The notes under the pieces were generated by a model. That model had not been told where the DNA came from. It was given only the letters and a program-made list of their open reading frames with translations, and ran no database searches. From assembly GCF_900552465.1 (NCBI RefSeq), contig NZ_URZO01000047.1: a stretch of 31,943 nucleotides of DNA; one strand, written 5' to 3'. Positions 24,315-31,943 of the stretch are shown here, in pieces. This stretch comes from an uncultured Parabacteroides sp. (lineage in GTDB: Bacteria > Bacteroidota > Bacteroidia > Bacteroidales > Tannerellaceae). How positions within the stretch are numbered: the stretch's first letter is position 1; every line of letters starts with the position of its first letter. Position numbers and translations under genes: made by a program.

Positions 24315-25298
24315 ATGGATAAATTGATATTGTCATTGATACTGTTGTTCGGCTTTGGGGGACTATCGGAAGTCGCAGCGCAAAAGAAGATATCCGGACG
24401 TTCTGTCCCGATCCAGTTCAGCATGATTGAATCGTCTGTAAAGCAGAATGTTCAGGAAAGCTCATTGAAGAGTAATTATGTATCGTCTCTTCAGGTTACA
24501 GATCTGGATTCATTGCCGGATGAGGTGGCTGTACGTCCTTATTCTGTGGCTGTTATAATAGGAGTGGAACAATATGACTTTATTCCGTTTGCGCCCTATG
24601 CTGCTCATGATGCGGAGTTGGTTTCCCGCTATTTTAAGGCCTTATTAGGTGTGGACAGGGTGATTGTTCATAAAAATAAAGAAGTATCCGGATTCTTTTT
24701 TGAGAACTTATTCAATGCAGAAGAAGGTGAATTATCCCGGATAATAGAAAAGGGAAAGACCGACTTATTTGTTTATTATTCAGGGCATGGGGTCTCGGCT
24801 GCCGATGGAAAAGATGTTTATATGCTTCCTGCTGACAGTAAGTTGAGGCTGATAGAAAAACAAGGTTATAGCCTGAATTCCCTGTTTGAACAGCTGGATA
24901 AACTGCCGACGAAGAGTACTACAGTCTTTATAGATGCTTGTTTCAGCGGATTAGGTAAATTTTCACAAACAGGTTCTCCACTAAATCTAATGCAGACCAA
25001 AGGGGTCAAAGTAAAACCTCTGCTTTTCCAGCCCTGGCTCCGGAATCCGAATTTCAGGGTGTTTACTTCGTCTGCAACGAATCAGGCTTCATTAGTGCTG
25101 GATGAAGCACGTACCGGATTGTTTACCTATTTCCTGGCAATGGGGTTACGTGGAAGGGCTGATATGAATCAAGACGGGCATGTGACTGCCGATGAATTGT
25201 ACCGGTATATTTACTCAAATGTTTCTGAAAACTCTAAAAAGATCTATCAAGAGCAGACTCCTTGCTTTTACGGGGATGGATCTTTTGTCCTTTATTAG
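24315..25298 (+). CDS. Secreted caspase-fold peptidase (peptidase C14 / metacaspase-orthocaspase-like)
   Basis: Start at MDKLILSLILLFGFGGLSEVAAQ, preceded by aaggaaggagaagaATG. The catalytic dyad context reads FVYYSGHGV (His) and TVFIDACFSGLG (Cys), typical of caspase/metacaspase p20 cores. A signal peptide implies a periplasmic or surface location. Confidence 0.7.
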   Translation: MDKLILSLILLFGFGGLSEVAAQKKISGRSVPIQFSMIESSVKQNVQESSLKSNYVSSLQVTDLDSLPDEVAVRPYSVAVIIGVEQYDFIPFAPYAAHDAELVSRYFKALLGVDRVIVHKNKEVSGFFFENLFNAEEGELSRIIEKGKTDLFVYYSGHGVSAADGKDVYMLPADSKLRLIEKQGYSLNSLFEQLDKLPTKSTTVFIDACFSGLGKFSQTGSPLNLMQTKGVKVKPLLFQPWLRNPNFRVFTSSATNQASLVLDEARTGLFTYFLAMGLRGRADMNQDGHVTADELYRYIYSNVSENSKKIYQEQTPCFYGDGSFVLY

Positions 25299-25441
25299 CA
25301 TTTCTTATTTTACATCAATAGAAATTAGTACAGACTTTTTTAGCTTCGCGTAAAAAAATAGCAAGGTTTTTCTGTCACAAAAAGTCTTTTTATCTCAAGT
25401 AAAAGAGATAAGATTTTTATTGAACTAAAATAAGAAAACAA

Positions 25442-26062
25442 ATGGAAGATAGTAGGAAGATGCTATATGATATAGCTTATGAGAAAATGTTTACTGCGAT
25501 GAATCGTTATCATCCGGTTTCCGAAAGTCTTCGTGAGATGATTTATGACAATAGTGTCTCATCTCAATTTTCTAAAGGCGAATTATTACTGACTGAAAGT
25601 AGAGAGTGTAATATGTTGTTTTTCATAGCAAGCGGATTTTGTTCCTGCTTCTATAATAAAGATGGTAAAGAATGTATTATGCGGTTTGCCGGAGAAGGAA
25701 ACTTTTGTACATCGTGGCATAGCTTTTTTGGAAAACAACGTTCTTTGATTAATATTAAAGCGACGGAAGATACGATGACCGTTTACTTTACGCGGGAGCA
25801 TTTTGACAAGCTGTGGGACGAGAGTACAGAGTTCGTAGCTGTTATATGCAGGATACTTGAAATGTATGCTATCGAAAGTGAAGAAAAGATATTCCGGATG
25901 CGTAGCAACCAGGCTGAAGGAAGAGTCCGGCATTATATGGATACGCATGAGATACATTATTTGATGAAACATGTCCCCCGTTATAATATTGCTTCTTATC
26001 TGGACATGACGCAGGAAACCTTTTCTAAGATATTTACTCAGTTGAACAAAGAACAAAAGTAA
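25442..26062 (+). CDS. Crp/Fnr-family transcriptional regulator
   Basis: 206 aa. The N-terminal part resembles a cNMP-binding beta-barrel (FSKGELLLTESRECNMLFFIASGF...) and the C-terminal part an HTH (IASYLDMTQETFSKIFTQL). The size and architecture are typical of Bacteroides Crp/Fnr-like regulators. Confidence 0.65.
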   Translation: MEDSRKMLYDIAYEKMFTAMNRYHPVSESLREMIYDNSVSSQFSKGELLLTESRECNMLFFIASGFCSCFYNKDGKECIMRFAGEGNFCTSWHSFFGKQRSLINIKATEDTMTVYFTREHFDKLWDESTEFVAVICRILEMYAIESEEKIFRMRSNQAEGRVRHYMDTHEIHYLMKHVPRYNIASYLDMTQETFSKIFTQLNKEQK

Positions 26063-26127
26063 AGGAGAACAAAACTAAAGTAGGGTATGTCTTGTTCTAT
26101 TCCCAAATTAATATGGAATGAATGGAT

Positions 26128-26274
26128 ATGAGACGGAAGAACGTAAATGCATTGTTGATCTTCGGGGTTGTGATAGCAATTATATTGTTGATGATCTGGT
26201 TGTTCTTAGGGACAACATTGGAACAGGAAGCTAATCCGGAAACGGACCCGATGACAATTGAACAAAATATCTGA
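26128..26274 (+). CDS. Small single-TM protein (49 aa; an alternative start at 26123 gives 51 aa)
   Basis: Hand-translated: MRRKNVNALLIFGVVIAIILLMIWLFLGTTLEQEANPETDPMTIEQNI. It is positively charged before the TM helix and is followed 16 nt later by a strong terminator. It lies below the ORF-track cutoff. Confidence 0.3.
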   Translation: MRRKNVNALLIFGVVIAIILLMIWLFLGTTLEQEANPETDPMTIEQNI

Positions 26275-26289
26275 AAAAGCCGGATATAA

Positions 26290-26325
26290 AAAGCCTCCGT
26301 ATCGACGATGCGGAGGCTTTTTTAT
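26290..26325. terminator. Bidirectional rho-independent terminator between convergent transcription units
   Basis: The sequence aaaaagcctccgtatcgacgatgcggaggctttttta forms a GC-rich stem GCCTCCG/CGGAGGC, extendable to about 12 bp with one mismatch. A-run and T-run flanks give U-tracts on both strands. It lies 23 nt from the mmdB stop. Confidence 0.75.
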
Positions 26326-26347
26326 GTAGAATAAATCGATTATTCGA

Positions 26348-27544
26348 TTATCCGAGGAATCCCAGCAAGATACCGGCTGCTACGGCAGAACCGATTACAC
26401 CGGCTACGTTCGGACCCATAGCGTGCATCAACAGGTAGTTGGTCGGATCATATTCCAAACCTACATTCTGAGATATACGGGCCGAGTCAGGAACGGCGGA
26501 TACACCGGAGTTACCGATAAGCGGGTTGATCTTGTTGCCTTCTTTCAGGAACAGGTTGAAGAACTTCACGAACAGGATACCTGCACAAGTCGCAATCACG
26601 AACGACAGAGCTCCCAGACCGAAAATCTTGATAGAGTTCAGTGTCAGGAACTGAGTTGCCTGAGTGGAAGCACCAACTGTTACACCCAGCAGGATCGTGA
26701 TCGTATCGATCAGCGGACCACGGGCTGTTTCAGCCAAACGACGTGTCACACCACTTTCTTTCAACAGGTTTCCGAAGAACAGCATACCTAACAGAGGCAG
26801 ACCGGAAGGAACCAGGAAACAAGTCAGCAACAAACCGACGATCGGGAAAACAATCTTTTCCGTAGAAGAAACAGCTCTCGGCGGTTTCATACGGATCAGA
26901 CGTTCTTTCTGAGTGGTCAGCAAACGCATGAACGGCGGCTGGATGATAGGTACCAATGCCATATAAGAATAGGCTGATACCGCAATCGCACCCATCAGGT
27001 TCGGTGCCAGCTTGGAAGAAAGGAAGATAGCCGTAGGGCCGTCAGCACCACCGATAATACCGATAGCACCAGCCTGGTTCGGTTCGAATCCCATCTGAAG
27101 AGCAATGATATAAGCACCGAAGATACCGAACTGGGCGGCAGCACCGATCAGCATCAGCTTTGGATTGGATATCAAAGCGGAGAAGTCGGTCATGGCCCCG
27201 ATGCCGAGGAAGATCAACGGCGGATACCATCCGGAGGTTACACCCTGGTAGAGGATGTTGAGCACAGAGCCTTGCTCGTAAATACCTACTTGCAATCCGG
27301 CATCTTTGAAAGGAATGTTACCGATCAGAATACCGAATCCGATAGGGATAAGGAGCATAGGTTCAAATTCATATTTAATAGCCAGGAAGATAAACAACAG
27401 ACCGATAAGGATCATAACGATATGACCCGGTGTCGCGTTGTAAACCCCTGTATAAGTGAGGAACAACTGCAGGTTTTCTCCCAGAAACTGGAGGAAACTT
27501 TCCTGCGCTGCGCCTGCTGCCTGTAATAATACTGATCCTAACAT
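26348..27544 (-). CDS. mmdB: Na+-translocating decarboxylase beta subunit (OadB/MmdB family)
   Basis: 398-aa polytopic membrane protein with a G/A/I-rich OadB-like sequence. It is the last gene of the operon after the biotin carrier. Confidence 0.85.
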   Translation of the reverse strand: MLGSVLLQAAGAAQESFLQFLGENLQLFLTYTGVYNATPGHIVMILIGLLFIFLAIKYEFEPMLLIPIGFGILIGNIPFKDAGLQVGIYEQGSVLNILYQGVTSGWYPPLIFLGIGAMTDFSALISNPKLMLIGAAAQFGIFGAYIIALQMGFEPNQAGAIGIIGGADGPTAIFLSSKLAPNLMGAIAVSAYSYMALVPIIQPPFMRLLTTQKERLIRMKPPRAVSSTEKIVFPIVGLLLTCFLVPSGLPLLGMLFFGNLLKESGVTRRLAETARGPLIDTITILLGVTVGASTQATQFLTLNSIKIFGLGALSFVIATCAGILFVKFFNLFLKEGNKINPLIGNSGVSAVPDSARISQNVGLEYDPTNYLLMHAMGPNVAGVIGSAVAAGILLGFLG

Positions 27545-27548
27545 AATA

Positions 27549-27980
27549 TTATCCTATTACGACGAGGTCAGCACCTTCCAGTACGGAATCCCCTTTGTTT
27601 ACTTTTATTTCAATGATCTTACCGTCACGATCGGCGTTGATGTTGTTCTCCATCTTCATGGCTTCGAGGACAAGCAGATTCTGACCTCTCTTTACAGCAT
27701 CGCCGACTTTACAGTTAACCTGCAGGATTACACCTGGCAGCGGAGATTTAACCGCTCCTTTGGTAGTCGAAGCAGCCGGACGGGATACGACCGGTTCGCC
27801 GCTTGCTGTCGTTGGAGCCTGGGCCGGACGCTTCAGTGTGACCATCTGTTTTTTTGCCGGTTTCTCCATCTTTACCTGATAGGGAGTACCGTTTACTTCC
27901 ACTTCAGCAATATCGTCTACTACTGAGTTGATATGTACTTTATATACGTTACCGTTAATAGTATATTTGAAACTTTTCAT
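27549..27980 (-). CDS. mmdC: Biotin carboxyl carrier protein subunit of the decarboxylase (MmdC-like)
   Basis: It carries the C-terminal biotinyl-lysine motif LVLEAMKMENNI and a Pro/Ala-rich linker (RPAQAPTTASGEPVVSRPAASTT). Confidence 0.85.
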   Translation of the reverse strand: MKSFKYTINGNVYKVHINSVVDDIAEVEVNGTPYQVKMEKPAKKQMVTLKRPAQAPTTASGEPVVSRPAASTTKGAVKSPLPGVILQVNCKVGDAVKRGQNLLVLEAMKMENNINADRDGKIIEIKVNKGDSVLEGADLVVIG

Positions 27981-28002
27981 TCTTGTTTGTTTTTAAAGAT
28001 AA

Positions 28003-28896
28003 TTACTTTTTGGGTACTTCACGCAGACCATAAATCTTGGAACTCCACGGAGAGTAAGTTCTTTGTACCTTGCGGATCGTAAGAACCGTATTTTCGATAT
28101 CGTGGTTGTCGTCGCTCATTTCATACAGAGCAGCACCGATAGCCGCGAAGATCTCTCCAGATTCCTGACCGGCATTAGCTGCAACAGATGTAGAACCTGC
28201 TGCTTTCTGGGCATTGCGTTTGCTGGCTGCAATAGAGAATTTACCGATTTGTTTAAAGATAAAGAACAACAGGAAAAGTCCGGTAAACACAACAGCCATA
28301 GCTGTCAGTGTCATACCGATACCCCAAGCGTCATTCGCCTTGAAGTTGTCGATCTTTTCGTTTGAGTCCAGTGTCTTATTGTTCGTACTGGGAGTCACTT
28401 TCGCCAATTGCGCCCATTCTTCCTTTCCGTCAATAACACGACCGTAACTGATATCTGCTTTTTGTGAGGCAGGGATAACGATCTCATCGATCAGTGTTTT
28501 CCCGTCGGCATCATAAAGCGCCACGTAATTTTCTTTAGACGGGTCAAGAGTGAAGTTAACATGGAATGTACCACGATCAGGTTCTCCGTCCGCCCAAAAC
28601 AATGTATGCTGGCGCGGAGGGATAATAGTCAGGACGTCACCCTTTGGGATCGGATACTTTTTCGGGTTGTTTTTGTCATTTGTCAAAAAGCATCCCGCAA
28701 TGTTTACCGAACCGGCCGAATTATTGAATAATTCGATCCAGGCATGACGCTTGTCGTATTCATCAACGAAGTTGTCTTCGTTGATGACCAACACTTCATT
28801 TATTCGCATGGAGGTTGCACGCTGTGCTTTTGCCCCGAATGAAACGAGCAAAGCAAACAACAGCAAGACCCCTATTTTCTTATTCATCATATTCAT
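28003..28896 (-). CDS. Lamin-tail-domain (LTD)-like exported domain fused to an OadG-like membrane segment (decarboxylase gamma-like subunit)
   Basis: Signal peptide MNMMNKKIGVLLLFALLVSFGAKAQ. MRINEVLVINED...AWIELFNNSAGSVNIAGCFL resembles the LTD signature. The C-terminal TM helix plus tail (MTLTAMAVVFTGLFLLFFIFKQIGK...) resembles OadG. The gene sits between mmdA and mmdC. Confidence 0.6.
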   Translation of the reverse strand: MNMMNKKIGVLLLFALLVSFGAKAQRATSMRINEVLVINEDNFVDEYDKRHAWIELFNNSAGSVNIAGCFLTNDKNNPKKYPIPKGDVLTIIPPRQHTLFWADGEPDRGTFHVNFTLDPSKENYVALYDADGKTLIDEIVIPASQKADISYGRVIDGKEEWAQLAKVTPSTNNKTLDSNEKIDNFKANDAWGIGMTLTAMAVVFTGLFLLFFIFKQIGKFSIAASKRNAQKAAGSTSVAANAGQESGEIFAAIGAALYEMSDDNHDIENTVLTIRKVQRTYSPWSSKIYGLREVPKK

Positions 28897-28911
28897 TTCC
28901 TGTTTTAAGAA

Positions 28912-30465
28912 TTATAGAGGCAGATTGTCATGTTTCTTAGCAGGATTGCTTAACTTTTTAGTCTGCAACTGTTGTAAAGCGCGAATAATACGGAAACGGG
29001 TGTTACGCGGTTCGATAACATCGTCGATATAACCGTATTGAGCGGCATTGTACGGGTTGGCAAATGCTTTTTTGTATTCGGCTTCTTTTTCTGTAGCGCA
29101 GGCTTTCGGATCTTCTGCGGCAGCCACTTCTTTTGCAAAGATAACTTCTACTGCACCGCTCGGGCCCATAACTGCGATTTCGGCTGTCGGCCAAGCATAG
29201 TTCATATCGCCGCGCAGGTGTTTGGAGCTCATCACACAGTAAGCGCCACCGTAAGACTTACGCAGTGTAACGGTTACTTTAGGCACTGTAGCCTCACCGT
29301 AAGCGTAAAGCAATTTAGCACCGTGCAGGATCACACCGTTGTATTCCTGGCCTGTGCCTGGCAAGAATCCCGGTACGTCTACCAATGTTACCAACGGAAT
29401 GTTGAATGCGTCGCAGAAACGGACGAAACGGCCTGCCTTGCGGGAAGCATTGCTATCCAGACATCCTGCCATTACTTTCGGCTGGTTGGCTACGATACCG
29501 ACAGTCTGACCGTTGAAGCGGGCGAAACCTACTATAATGTTCTTAGCATAGTCTGCATGTACTTCCAGGAATTCGCCGTTGTCGATGATCGTACCGATAA
29601 CTTCGTACATATCGTAAGCCTGGTTAGGATTGTCTGGGATGATGTCGTTCAGGTTGTCATCCAGACGGTCGATCGGATCTTTACATTCGATCAGCGGAGT
29701 TTCTTCCAGGTTGTTCTGAGGCAGGAAGCTGATCAATTTGCGGATCAACTGCAAACCGTCTTCTTCTGTGTCTACAGCGAAGTGAGCCACACCGGATTTT
29801 GTCGTGTGTACGCTTGCACCACCCAGTTGTTCCTGGGTTACGTCTTCACCAGTAACAGTCTTTACAACTTTCGGACCTGTCAGGAACATGTAGCTTGTTC
29901 CGCGAGTCATGATGTTGAAGTCTGTCAGGGCCGGAGAATAAACAGCACCGCCGGCGCAGGGGCCGAAGATACCGGAAATCTGAGGAATAACACCTGAAGC
30001 CAGGATGTTACGCTGGAAAATTTCAGCATATCCGGCCAAAGCGTTTACACCTTCCTGGATACGTGCACCACCTGAATCGTTCAATCCGATAACAGGAGCA
30101 CCCATTTTCATGGCCTGATCCATTACTTTACAGATCTTCATGGCCAAAGCCTCAGACAAAGCACCGCCGAATACGGTGAAGTCCTGTGCATAAATATATA
30201 CCAGGCGTCCGTCGATCGTACCGTAACCTGTTACGATACCGTCACCCAGATACTTAGTTTTTTCAATACCGAAGTTTGTACAACGGTGTTGTACGAACAT
30301 ATCGAATTCTTCAAAACTTCCTTCATCCAGCAACATGGCAATACGTTCGCGTGCTGTGTATTTACCTTTTTTGTGCTGAGATTCAATTCTTTTCTCTCCA
30401 CCACCTAAACGAGCTGTTTCGCGAAGGGCGATAAGCTCCTTTACTTTTTCAAGTTGGTTACTCAT
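28912..30465 (-). CDS. mmdA: Methylmalonyl-CoA decarboxylase alpha subunit (carboxyltransferase, propionyl-CoA carboxylase beta-like)
   Basis: 517 aa. The sequence is carboxyltransferase/crotonase-fold (...[20 protein letters not shown]...[14 protein letters not shown]...), and it lies next to the epimerase, biotin carrier and beta subunit. Confidence 0.85.
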   Translation of the reverse strand: MSNQLEKVKELIALRETARLGGGEKRIESQHKKGKYTARERIAMLLDEGSFEEFDMFVQHRCTNFGIEKTKYLGDGIVTGYGTIDGRLVYIYAQDFTVFGGALSEALAMKICKVMDQAMKMGAPVIGLNDSGGARIQEGVNALAGYAEIFQRNILASGVIPQISGIFGPCAGGAVYSPALTDFNIMTRGTSYMFLTGPKVVKTVTGEDVTQEQLGGASVHTTKSGVAHFAVDTEEDGLQLIRKLISFLPQNNLEETPLIECKDPIDRLDDNLNDIIPDNPNQAYDMYEVIGTIIDNGEFLEVHADYAKNIIVGFARFNGQTVGIVANQPKVMAGCLDSNASRKAGRFVRFCDAFNIPLVTLVDVPGFLPGTGQEYNGVILHGAKLLYAYGEATVPKVTVTLRKSYGGAYCVMSSKHLRGDMNYAWPTAEIAVMGPSGAVEVIFAKEVAAAEDPKACATEKEAEYKKAFANPYNAAQYGYIDDVIEPRNTRFRIIRALQQLQTKKLSNPAKKHDNLPL

Positions 30466-30505
30466 TGTATTTTTGATTTGTTGTTAGAAATGAACTAATG
30501 TGTTT

Positions 30506-30913
30506 TTATTTTCCCGGCATGCAAAGCTCTGTTAAAACGCTGCATGTAGATTTCGGGTGAAGGAAAGCAATGTTTAAGCCTTCAGCACCTCCGCGGGGAG
30601 CTTTGTCGATCAGTTTAACACCTTTTGATTCAGCTTCGTCAAGGGCTGCCTGCACATCGGGTACTGCAAATGCGATATGGTGGATGCCTTCCCCTTTCTT
30701 CTCAATGAATTTAGCGATTGTGCTGTCTTCACTGGTCGGTTCCAGTAATTCGATCTTAGTCTGACCTACTTTGAAGAATGCGGTCTTAACTTTTTGATCG
30801 GCTACTTCTTCGATGTTGTAGCATTTCAAACCCAATACTTCTTCGTAATACGGCAAGCAAGCTTCAATACTCTTCACTGCGATACCCAGATGTTCGATAT
30901 GTGTAAGTTCCAT
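30506..30913 (-). CDS. mce: Methylmalonyl-CoA epimerase (glyoxalase/VOC family)
   Basis: 135 aa. MELTHIEHLGIAVKSIEACLPYY...GIHHIAF reads as VOC-fold epimerase-like. It is the first gene of the mmd operon. Confidence 0.8.
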   Translation of the reverse strand: MELTHIEHLGIAVKSIEACLPYYEEVLGLKCYNIEEVADQKVKTAFFKVGQTKIELLEPTSEDSTIAKFIEKKGEGIHHIAFAVPDVQAALDEAESKGVKLIDKAPRGGAEGLNIAFLHPKSTCSVLTELCMPGK

Positions 30914-30959
30914 GTCAATAATAATTTAGTAATTTAATATTGTTTTTTGTTCTATGCGG

Positions 30960-30967
30960 GCAAAGGT
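30960..30967 (-). promoter_or_regulatory. Candidate -7 element (TAccTTTG on the minus strand) for the mce-mmd operon
   Basis: The plus strand reads CAAAggTA at 30960-30967, 47 nt upstream of the mce ATG. It is a perfect TAnnTTTG. Confidence 0.4.
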
Positions 30968-31163
30968 ACACTCTTTTTGTGAATAGAGAAATAATTCGTT
31001 AATATTTATCAGCATGATTTCAATATGTTTAAAAGCTTTATTGGGGTCAGAAGCGGAATTTGAAATATAAAAGAACCCTAAATGTTGTGCGTCTTCGATA
31101 AATCATTATCTTTACCGCACCATCCAGTATTGGATGGCAACTTAACTAATACCTATATAACTA

Positions 31164-31593
31164 TGGGAAAGTTCTTAAATCCGTTTACGGACGTCGGCTA
31201 CAGTTGCCTTATTTCACCTTGGAGGCAGAGGACTGCCATACCGATTTTGAGTGTTGGATTTATTTATTAAAGCATATGGAAACGTTGGACAGAATGCCTT
31301 TTGAAGCAAAGAAAGCTGTTTTCAAGAAACTGCTCGAAGTGGCGGATGTTGAAAACATGACTCTTGACGAACGCGAATGCTACGAAGAATCGCTGAAAGC
31401 CTACCGCGATTACGTCAACACTATCGCCACGGCTGAACGTATCAGCCGCGAAAAAGGTCTTGCAGAAGGAAAAGCAGAAGGAGAAGCTGAAGGAAAGCGT
31501 CAGATGGCAGCTCGTATGAAAAAGGAGGGGCTTCCCACCGAGATGATCGCCCGTTGTTCCGACTTGTCGATAGAGGAAATAGAGAAGCTTTGA
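31164..31593 (+). pseudogene. Degraded Rpn-family (PD-(D/E)XK nuclease / putative transposase, YhgA-like) gene: N-terminal stub fused out of frame to the C-terminal region
   Basis: MGKFLNPFTDVGYS at 31164 matches the characteristic N-terminus (..INPFTDFGFKK..) of this Bacteroides family but stops after 35 codons. Another frame then encodes ...WIYLLKHMETLDRMPFEAKKAVFKKLLEVADVENMTLDERECYEESLKAYRDY...GLAEGKAEGEAEGKRQMAARMKKEGLPTEMIARCSDLSIEEIEKL, the typical C-terminal tail. The nuclease core is missing. Confidence 0.6.
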
Positions 31594-31689
31594 TTGGTGC
31601 AAGGATTACTTGTGCCGCTGTACATTGTTCGGTGTGTGGCGTTAATGCCTGCAGCGAAACCAGTTCTCTTCTACGTCACCCCAGGAACG

Positions 31690-31908
31690 TCTTGTCTACG
31701 ACCGGCATCTTGATGACATCATAATTCAGAACGACACGATTGACACCGCCAAACAGGAAGGACGTGTTGAAGGAAAACAGAGGGCCTCGCCGAAGGAAAA
31801 GCGGAAGGTATGCACCAAGTGGCTGTAAACATGAAACGTATGGGAATGGATATGGAATCCATTATCAATTGCACCGGCCTGACCGAAGAAGAAATAGTTT
31901 CTTTATAA
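31690..31908 (+). pseudogene. Second Rpn-family C-terminal remnant, frameshifted
   Basis: One frame gives ...DTIDTAKQEGRVEGK. After a frameshift another gives GLAEGKAEGMHQVAVNMKRMGMDMESIINCTGLTEEEIVSL* (stop at 31906-31908). This is the same tail as the 31164-31593 copy. Confidence 0.5.
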
Positions 31909-31943
31909 GAATATTTGAATCAAAAGAGCAGGCTTCGTAGGGG

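Noticed and set aside
27081-27092. A GGTTCGAATCCC motif resembling a tRNA T-arm
   Set aside because: It lies inside the mmdB coding sequence with no surrounding cloverleaf potential. It is a chance occurrence in a Gly/Phe-rich membrane segment.
29038-29997. 319-aa plus-strand ORF antisense to mmdA
   Set aside because: It lies wholly inside the highly conserved carboxyltransferase gene, and its Cys/Phe/Val-rich product has no features of a real protein.

Overview
The window looks like a chromosomal segment from a Bacteroidales genome; the gene content and the TAnnTTTG-type promoter motifs resemble Bacteroides or Parabacteroides. Conserved housekeeping genes sit at the left edge on the minus strand (nadD, gmk, a YicC-family gene) together with a divergent tsaB. 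A Na+-pumping methylmalonyl-CoA decarboxylase operon (mce, mmdA, an LTD/OadG fusion gene, mmdC, mmdB) lies at the right, followed by degraded Rpn-family (PD-(D/E)XK) transposase-like remnants at the edge. The roughly 22 kb between them is accessory-like and consists almost entirely of proteins of unknown function. (1) A tightly packed six-gene minus-strand operon (3316-9879) is led by an SPFH/Band-7 protein carrying four C-terminal zinc ribbons. It is followed by a 4-TM protein, a 639-aa single-pass membrane protein, two paralogous helical proteins and a beta-helix (bactofilin-like) protein. I regard this as the best candidate for an undescribed membrane-associated system, possibly envelope-stress or remodelling, or defence. 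(2) A 9-kb run of secreted proteins and lipoproteins (10021-18982) includes tandem lipoproteins that share an N-terminal module but carry different C-terminal repeat domains (parallel beta-helix versus LRR). It also includes a TRL-family lipoprotein and an OMP-like protein. (3) A divergently transcribed plus-strand operon (19542-25298) begins with a paralog of that OMP-like protein. It continues with an ECF-type sigma factor carrying a long N-terminal extension, an overlapping zf-HC2 anti-sigma gene, an LPP20/DUF4384-like lipoprotein, a secreted protein with a transglutaminase-like Cys-His-Asp signature and a secreted caspase-fold (peptidase C14) protein. I found no rRNA, tRNA or CRISPR array. 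Several hairpins or terminators and candidate Bacteroides-type promoters are listed. All similarity statements come from reading the translations; nothing was searched or computed.
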